DNA of 64,000 nucleotides from Escherichia coli (GTDB lineage Bacteria; Pseudomonadota; Gammaproteobacteria; Enterobacterales; Enterobacteriaceae): NCBI RefSeq assembly GCF_016026235.1, contig NZ_CP065613.1; one strand, 5' to 3'. Shown piece by piece: positions 58,335 to 64,000 of this stretch (position 1 is its first letter; each line of letters starts with the position of its first letter). The notes under the pieces were generated by a model. It saw only the letters and a program-made list of their open reading frames with translations, ran no database searches and was not told where the DNA came from. The position numbers and the translations under genes were made by a program.

Positions 58335-58610
58335 GTGGCTTCCATTTCCATCAGATGTGCTTCCTGCTCCGCTACTGAAGGCGTGGTGCGTAACGGCAAA
58401 AGCACTGCCGGACATCAGCGCTATCTCTGCTCTCATTGCCGTAAAACATGGCAACTGCAGTTCACTTACACCGCCTCTCAGCCCGGTACGCACCAGAAAA
58501 TCATTGATATGGCCATGAATGGCGTCGGATGTCGCGCCAGTGCACGCATTATGGGCGTTGGCCTCAACACGGTTTTACGTCACTTAAAAAACTCAGGCCG
58601 CAGTCGGTAA
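58335..58610 (+). CDS. insA: IS1 InsA
   Basis: 91 aa [46 protein letters not shown]... with zinc-finger cysteines; recognised as InsA. Confidence 0.9.
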   Translation: MASISIRCASCSATEGVVRNGKSTAGHQRYLCSHCRKTWQLQFTYTASQPGTHQKIIDMAMNGVGCRASARIMGVGLNTVLRHLKNSGRSR

Positions 58611-59032
58611 CCTCGCGCATACAACCGGGCAGTGATGTGATTGTCTGCGCTGAAATGGACGAACAGTGGGGCTACGTCGGTGCTAAATCACGTCAGCGCT
58701 GGCTGTTTTACGCGTATGACAGGATACGGAGGACGGTTGTGGCGCACGTCTTCGGTGAACGCACTCTGGCCACACTGGAGCGTCTTCTGAGCCTGCTGTC
58801 GGCCTTTGAGGTCGTGGTATAGATGACGGATGGCTGGCCGCTGTATGAATCACGCCTGAAGGGAAAGCTGCACGTTATCAGCAAGCGTTACACTCAGCGC
58901 ATTGAGCGACATAATCTGAATCTGAGACAACATCTGGCAAGGCTGGGACGGAAGTCACTGTCGTTCTCAAAATCGGTGGAGCTGCATGACAAGGTCATCG
59001 GGCATTATCTGAACATAAAACACTATCAGTAA
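58529..59032 (+). pseudogene. insB: IS1 insB with an internal TAG stop (58820-58822)
   Basis: The insB frame reads ...[42 protein letters not shown]...; canonical IS1 has Trp at this position as I recall it (..VIWMTDGW..), so TGG to TAG. Confidence 0.7.
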
Positions 59033-59047
59033 GTTGGAGTCATTACC

Positions 59048-59357
59048 CGGCGTGCGTGCCAGGTACAGTCGTTCGGCTGGAAAAATACGGGGGCTGAGCC
59101 TGCTGGCAACACTGAGCACAATAGTGCGGTGGCTTATTGGCTATCACGCTTAAAATAAAGGGGTAGATCTGAGACAGCAGGCCAACAGAATTAAAACGCG
59201 GCGGGTAATATCGTATCTGACATTAGCGAAGAATATCTTGCGATACTCCTCGCTAATTTTAAAACGAATGGTGCTGATCACCGTTCTTAATCACTTCGCC
59301 AGAACCGACCATAATATGGTGTTGGTTTATTAGCGCTGATTCATGGGGATCCCTCAG
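59048..59357 (+). mobile_element. decayed terminal fragment (~310 bp) of a third, divergent IS10-family element, truncated by IS1
   Basis: Ends with ggggatccctcag (reverse complement ctgagggatcccc, identical to the first 13 nt of the IS10-like end); plus-strand translation ...LSLLATLSTIVRWLIGYHA*NKGVDLRQQANRIKTRRVISYLTLAKNILRYSSLILKRMVLITVLNHFARTDHNMVLVY* is clearly homologous to the C-terminus of the IS10-like transposase. Confidence 0.65.
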
Positions 59358-59380
59358 TGCTTTTGCGGTTTTTTATATCT

Positions 59381-60205
59381 TTAAAGCAGTAGCGGTAGGG
59401 TCGCGCTGGCAGTTTGCTGGCTCACATCGCTGTACTTATGATCCAGCGCAATCAGCGATGTGGTGAGTAACTCTACCAACAGCATAACTCCCACCTTGGC
59501 ATTCAGCGCGCCAGCGCTCAAGGGGCCTTCCGGTTTGGCCGCGACCAGTTGAATATCACTCAGCGAAGCTAACGGACTGCGCGGCGTATTACTCAGCGCC
59601 AGTACACGCACACCTTGCTTACGCGCTAGTTTTACGACATGCAGCAGATCGCGCGTGGATCCAGAACTGGAAATCGCCACCACGAACGTGTTTTTACTAA
59701 GTGTTGTGGCGTTCATGGCAGCACGATGCATATCGCTGAACAATTGTGCGGGTTTCCCCAGACGCAGGAGTTTGTAATGTAAATACTCCCCCAGAATAGC
59801 ACTGGCTGCTACGCCATAAATCTGTACTGACTGAGCCTGATGCAGTGCAAGCGTGGCTGCTTCCAGCAAGGTCCTATCGAGTAATTTTGCTGTGTCCTGT
59901 AGTGCTTGCACGGATTCATTGACCACATTGTCAATCTCATCACCGCCGTACTCTACAGACTGTACTTGTCGGAGATCGAGTGCAAGCGCCATTTTGAATT
60001 CGTTATAGCCCTTACACCCCAGCGTTCGGCACAGACGTGTGACGCTAGCCTCGCTGGTGCCGCTTTCACGCGCCAGTTCGGTAATCGTCAGGTAGACAAC
60101 TTTTGCCGGATCGCTAAGTACAAACTCTCCCAGCTTCTGTTGAGTTCGACTATATCCATCAACGCTCTGGCGCAATCTCAGCAGCAGGTTTTCATTTTCT
60201 GGCAT
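59381..60205 (-). CDS. RpiR/MurR-family transcriptional regulator (HTH plus SIS sugar-phosphate-binding domain)
   Basis: 274 aa ORF; N-terminal HTH (TITELARESGTSEASVTRLCRTLG) and SIS-like region (VAISSSGSTRD); divergent from the PTS gene. Confidence 0.75.
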   Translation of the reverse strand: MPENENLLLRLRQSVDGYSRTQQKLGEFVLSDPAKVVYLTITELARESGTSEASVTRLCRTLGCKGYNEFKMALALDLRQVQSVEYGGDEIDNVVNESVQALQDTAKLLDRTLLEAATLALHQAQSVQIYGVAASAILGEYLHYKLLRLGKPAQLFSDMHRAAMNATTLSKNTFVVAISSSGSTRDLLHVVKLARKQGVRVLALSNTPRSPLASLSDIQLVAAKPEGPLSAGALNAKVGVMLLVELLTTSLIALDHKYSDVSQQTASATLPLLL

Positions 60206-60370
60206 GCAAAATCCTTAATGCGTTTCTCTGCCGATAGTGTGGCGGAAAGTAGGGGAGAGATGCCAGTCATTTTAAAAAAGTATGATCGGTGTCTTGGTTT
60301 TTGATGGTAATTTTCATTTTTAAAATTAGTTATGGTAAAAATTTTTATCAATAATCGGGGAGATGAAAAA

Positions 60371-61927
60371 ATGATGCAAATATTTAGCGGCGCTTCGTCA
60401 GGCGCATGGTTTGAAAAAGCGCAGCGGTTCGGCAAATCGTTCATGCTGCCGATTGCGGTATTGCCCGCAGCGGGGTTGTTGTTGGGGATTGGTGGGGCTC
60501 TGTCGAATCCCAATACGTTGACGGCCTACCCATTCTTGAATGTCGACTGGCTGCAGGCAATCTTCACAATCATGACCAGCGCAGGTTCTATTGTGTTTGC
60601 CAACCTGTCGGTACTCTTTGCGGTCGGCGTCGCCGTGGGGCTGGCGAAATCGGATAAAGGCACTGCCGGGCTTGCGGCATTGCTAGCGTTTCTGGTGATG
60701 AATGCTACCATCAACGCCTTATTAACGCTAAATGGAACGTTGGCGCACAAGAACCCCGGTTCAGTTGGCCAGGGGATGACGCTTGGTATTCAGACACTGG
60801 AAACTGGTGTGTTTGGTGGGGTGGTGATTGGTCTCGTCACCTGCACGTTACATAGCCGTTTCAATAAAGTCTCACTACCTCAGTTTCTCGGTTTTTTTAG
60901 TGGTTCTCGTTTTGTACCCATTATCAGCTCCCTTGCCGCGATAGTAGTGGGTGCGGTTATGACGGTGGTGTGGCCGCATTTCCAGAAACTCATTTTTGGA
61001 CTGGGCGGCCTGGTGGATGCGACGGGCTATCTGGGGACGCTGTTGTACGGCTTCATCCTGCGTATGCTTGGTCCACTGGGTTTACACCATATCTTTTATT
61101 TGCCGTTCTGGACGACGGCGCTGGGCGGCAGTGAAATCGTCAACGGCCAGTTGGTTGAAGGTACGCAGCGGATTTTCTTTGCCCAACTTGCCGATCCGAA
61201 TACGCAGCAGTTCTACGCGGGTACCGCTCGCTTTATGTCCGGGCGCTTTATCACCATGATGTTTGGCCTGCTTGGCGCATGTCTGGCAATGTACCATACG
61301 GCAAAGCCGGAGAATAGAAAGGTTGTCGCCGGACTACTTTTGTCGGCAGCCTTGACCTCTTTCCTGACGGGAATCACTGAGCCTGTTGAGTTCTCCTTCC
61401 TGTTTGTCGCGCCCGTATTATACGTAATTCACGCCTTCTTCGATGGTCTGGCGTTTATGGTCGCCCATATTTTACATATCACTATTGGGCAAACCTTTTC
61501 GGGCGGGCTTATCGATTTCCTTCTCTTCGGCGTGTTGCAGGGGGAATCTAAAACAAACTGGATGTATGTCCCCATAGTGGGAATACCGTGGTTCTTCCTT
61601 TACTACTTCACTTTCCGCTATTTGATTAACCGCTTTGGCTGGCTGACGCCGGGTCGTGAGAACGTAACCCTGGTTGAATCCGGCCAGCCTCAGAGTGAAC
61701 GCGCAGCGGCAGTCATTGCCGGGCTGGGAGGCAAAGAGAATCTGGAAGAGGTGGACTGTTGCGCCACGCGCCTGCGCGTGACGGTTAAAGAGAGCAGTAA
61801 GGTAGATGAAGCTGCGCTGAAAGTGACCGGAGCGCGTGGCGTGATTATTCGCGGCAACGGCGTTCAGGTGATTTATGGCCCTCATGTCACCATCATTAAA
61901 AACGAAGTCGAAGAGATTTTATCGTAA
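60371..61927 (+). CDS. PTS system EIICB component, glucose/N-acetylglucosamine superfamily (substrate unknown)
   Basis: About 518 aa from ATG at 60371 (gggag RBS 8 nt upstream); multi-TM EIIC domain followed by C-terminal EIIB with the phosphorylatable cysteine motif [10 protein letters not shown]. Confidence 0.8.
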   Translation: MMQIFSGASSGAWFEKAQRFGKSFMLPIAVLPAAGLLLGIGGALSNPNTLTAYPFLNVDWLQAIFTIMTSAGSIVFANLSVLFAVGVAVGLAKSDKGTAGLAALLAFLVMNATINALLTLNGTLAHKNPGSVGQGMTLGIQTLETGVFGGVVIGLVTCTLHSRFNKVSLPQFLGFFSGSRFVPIISSLAAIVVGAVMTVVWPHFQKLIFGLGGLVDATGYLGTLLYGFILRMLGPLGLHHIFYLPFWTTALGGSEIVNGQLVEGTQRIFFAQLADPNTQQFYAGTARFMSGRFITMMFGLLGACLAMYHTAKPENRKVVAGLLLSAALTSFLTGITEPVEFSFLFVAPVLYVIHAFFDGLAFMVAHILHITIGQTFSGGLIDFLLFGVLQGESKTNWMYVPIVGIPWFFLYYFTFRYLINRFGWLTPGRENVTLVESGQPQSERAAAVIAGLGGKENLEEVDCCATRLRVTVKESSKVDEAALKVTGARGVIIRGNGVQVIYGPHVTIIKNEVEEILS

Positions 61928-62616
61928 TGAAAACTGTACTGGATTCCCTGAAAGGTAAATTAATCGTCTCCTGTCAGGCTCTGGAAAATGAGCCTCTACA
62001 TAGTCCGTTTATTATGTCACGTATGGCGCTGGCGGCAGCACAAGGTGGTGCTGCAGGTATCCGTGCCAACAGCGTGGCGGATATTAGTGCTATCAAAGAG
62101 ATTGTCTCCCTTCCGATGATAGGGATTATCAAACGCGATTACCCTGGCAGTGAGGTGTTTATCACGGCCACTCTCCGGGAAGTGGATGAGTTGATGACCG
62201 TTGAGCCGGAAATTATTGCCCTGGATGCTACTGCGCGCCCGCGCCCTGGTGGTCAGACGCTGGAAGAACTGGTCACGCAGATCCGCGCTCGCTACCCGTC
62301 CGTACTTCTGATGGCAGATATAGCAACAGTAGAAGAGGCGGTGACAGCTGAACGTCTGGGTTTTGACTGTGTGGGCACTACGCTCTACGGCTATACCGCA
62401 GAAACTGCCAGGCATGTGCTGGCGGAAAATGACTGTGGATTCTTACGTGAGGTCCTGGCAGCGGTCAGCGTTCCGGTTGTGGCGGAAGGGAACGTCGATA
62501 CCCCGGAACGTGCCGCACGTTGCCTAACATTAGGCGCTCATACCGTGGTGGTTGGGGGGGCAATCACTCGTCCGCAGCAGATAACGACACGCTTTATCGC
62601 GGCGATCGCCTCGTAA
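61927..62616 (+). CDS. N-acetylmannosamine-6-phosphate 2-epimerase (NanE-family paralogue)
   Basis: 229 aa ORF; ATG overlaps the PTS stop (TAATG); NanE-like motifs (LIVSCQAL...[10 protein letters not shown]...VGTTLYGYT...VVAEGN); not identical to the canonical E. coli NanE as I remember it. Confidence 0.75.
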   Translation: MKTVLDSLKGKLIVSCQALENEPLHSPFIMSRMALAAAQGGAAGIRANSVADISAIKEIVSLPMIGIIKRDYPGSEVFITATLREVDELMTVEPEIIALDATARPRPGGQTLEELVTQIRARYPSVLLMADIATVEEAVTAERLGFDCVGTTLYGYTAETARHVLAENDCGFLREVLAAVSVPVVAEGNVDTPERAARCLTLGAHTVVVGGAITRPQQITTRFIAAIAS

Positions 62617-62643
62617 AGCACCGATGGGGTATGATACTTTGGT

Positions 62644-62673
62644 GGGGATAAGCGATAATTATCGCTTATCCCC
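62644..62673. terminator. perfect 30-bp palindrome (probable bidirectional terminator or operator) after the epimerase gene
   Basis: ggggataagcgat-aatt-atcgcttatcccc, 13-bp perfect stems around a 4-nt loop. Confidence 0.5.
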
Positions 62674-64000
62674 ATATTGAGAGTGTTATGCAGTACCCGA
62701 TTAGCTAGATTTTCCAGACCCTGCAAGGTGAGGGGGACTATTGACGCGCTGGACGAACTATTCGCCACGCTGAGCTACGACAAACCGCGGGTGATTGCGC
62801 TGCACTTTAAAATTTCCGAAGGTTATACCCTGTTGATGCTGATTACCACCTTCACCAGCTGCCTGATATTGTGCAAAAACTACGGCTGGTGAAGGTTGGT
62901 TTTACCATTACTGCTGTATATACCCTGCAACTGTTATGGCTGAATGGCGAGCAGTACATCCTTCCGTGTCTTATCAACACCATTATTGGTTGTTTAATTG
63001 CTTCGGCGGTACCGTCTGGTTGTGGTCACAGTGGTATAACGGGTTATTGCGTAAGAATGCCCATGACGCTTCAGAAGCCTATCAGAAAGTGATATTGGCT
63101 CAGCAGCACTTTACAAACGGCGGTACAGTGGCTGGGAGATTATTGCCGATCCGATATGCCGCATTAATGAGAGAGTTCATCATAGGAGAACGCTTTTGCC
63201 AAATAAACCACCTGCCTGTCGTCCAGAATCGCCGCGTAGCTGGTTTTCCCAACCGTTTGCTCAGAAATGAGATCAATAGCCGCAAATCGCGGGCCTGATC
63301 GATGCTTTCAATATAGTTAGCCGCCATTTTTTGCAGCGCCAGGCCCACGTGATACAAGCGTGTATCCGGCATATAGAGCGGATAGTCGTTATCGAGAAAC
63401 TCCTGAGTCAGGCAGTGGGCGGAGCTTCTGGGAATATAGAGGTAATCTGCGAGGCGATCTGATGTATAATCTGTTTAGTAAGAGTAGCGTTTTTAACGCT
63501 ATTACGTCCATGGTGTAGCCTATATGCAGGCAAAGTTCATATCCTTGAGTTTTATGTCAGCCTCTTCCTTTAAGCATCTACTTGGTGTCTATCGTTACTT
63601 CGCACACAAGCATCATGTATATGATGTAACGAAATTAGTTAACGCCCTTATAAGAATCAAGACGTTATCGGGACGCTGTTAACCTGGCTATCCATCCCAA
63701 AACCGGTGCTGACTGGCAATAGCGCGGACAGCAAAATCGGGTGATGACACCGGGGCAGAATGAAAAATATTATCTTGCTGGCGCGTTACATAGCTGAACG
63801 GGCAAAGTCTGCTACGTGGGCAGTAACCGCAAAGTTCAGCCTTATTTATCAGTCTGTTGAAGCAACTGAAGTCTGTGTACCGGCGGGCAAAAACGATGCC
63901 CCTCATCGTGGATAATTACATTATTCACAAAAGCCGGGAAACGCAGCGTTGGCTGAAGGAAAATCCGAAGTTCAGGGTGATTTATCAGCAAGTTTACTCG

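Larger units (their letters stand above)
58280..59047 (+). mobile_element. IS1 insertion sequence (768 bp, sequence variant)
   Basis: Ends ggtaatgctgccaacttactgatttagtgtatgatggtg ... cactatcagtaagttggagtcattacc match the IS1 terminal repeats; contains insA and insB; no flanking direct repeat. Confidence 0.9.

Noticed and set aside
51321-59357. Interpreting the leuX-adjacent region as an intact prophage
   Set aside because: Only the integrase is phage-like; no capsid, tail, terminase or lysis genes are present in the window. The content is defence cargo, IS elements and metabolic genes, so it is better described as a genomic island.
62677-63480. Overlapping ORFs on both strands right of the palindrome (62677..62892, 62871..63092, 62936..63298 plus-strand; 63100..63372 minus-strand, whose frame stays open upstream to about 63475 without a start codon)
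   Set aside because: I could not decide which strand is coding. The minus-strand frame looks like a C-terminal gene fragment (...YIPRSSAHCLTQEFLDNDYPLYMPDTRLYHVGLALQKMAANYIESIDQARDL...) but lacks a start, and nothing is recognisable; left unannotated pending homology search.

Overview
The window is an Escherichia coli-like chromosomal segment. Bases 1-51000 are a syntenic core-genome stretch that I recognise gene by gene from the translations (tamB, ytfP, ppa, ytfQRT-yjfF, fbp, mpl, yjgA, pmbA, cybC, nrdGD, treCBR, mgtLA, ridA, pyrIBL, yjgH, bdcAR, tabA, yjgL, argI, rraB, yjgM, yjgN, valS, holC, pepA, lptFG, yjgR, idnRTODK, ahr). It is interrupted once, by a ~1.3 kb IS10-like insertion sequence (IS4 family) sitting in the yjgN/valS terminator palindrome. 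At about 51.07 kb the tRNA-Leu gene leuX starts an accessory island: a P4-type integrase, then a strongly AT-rich ~3 kb gene encoding a reverse transcriptase fused to a nitrilase-like (CN-hydrolase) domain, the architecture of UG/Abi defence-associated RTs (DRT-like). That gene is damaged twice: a -1 frame change in an A-run near 53103-53109, and a second, near-identical IS10-like copy split its 3-prime end; the original C-terminus and a stop/start overlap with a downstream membrane-protein gene can be reconstructed across the target duplication. Further right are a 5-prime-truncated ORF, an IS1 copy with no target duplication and a nonsense codon in insB, a decayed terminal fragment of a third IS10-family element, and an RpiR-regulator / PTS EIICB / NanE-like epimerase sugar locus. 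The RT-nitrilase locus is the most interesting candidate. Other points worth a second look, all sequence-level and unverified: an in-frame TAA splitting yjgN, a yjgL frame break at T8 runs, and the apparent absence of chpSB between ytfP and ppa. All identifications rest on reading the translations and on remembered family features; no database search was run.
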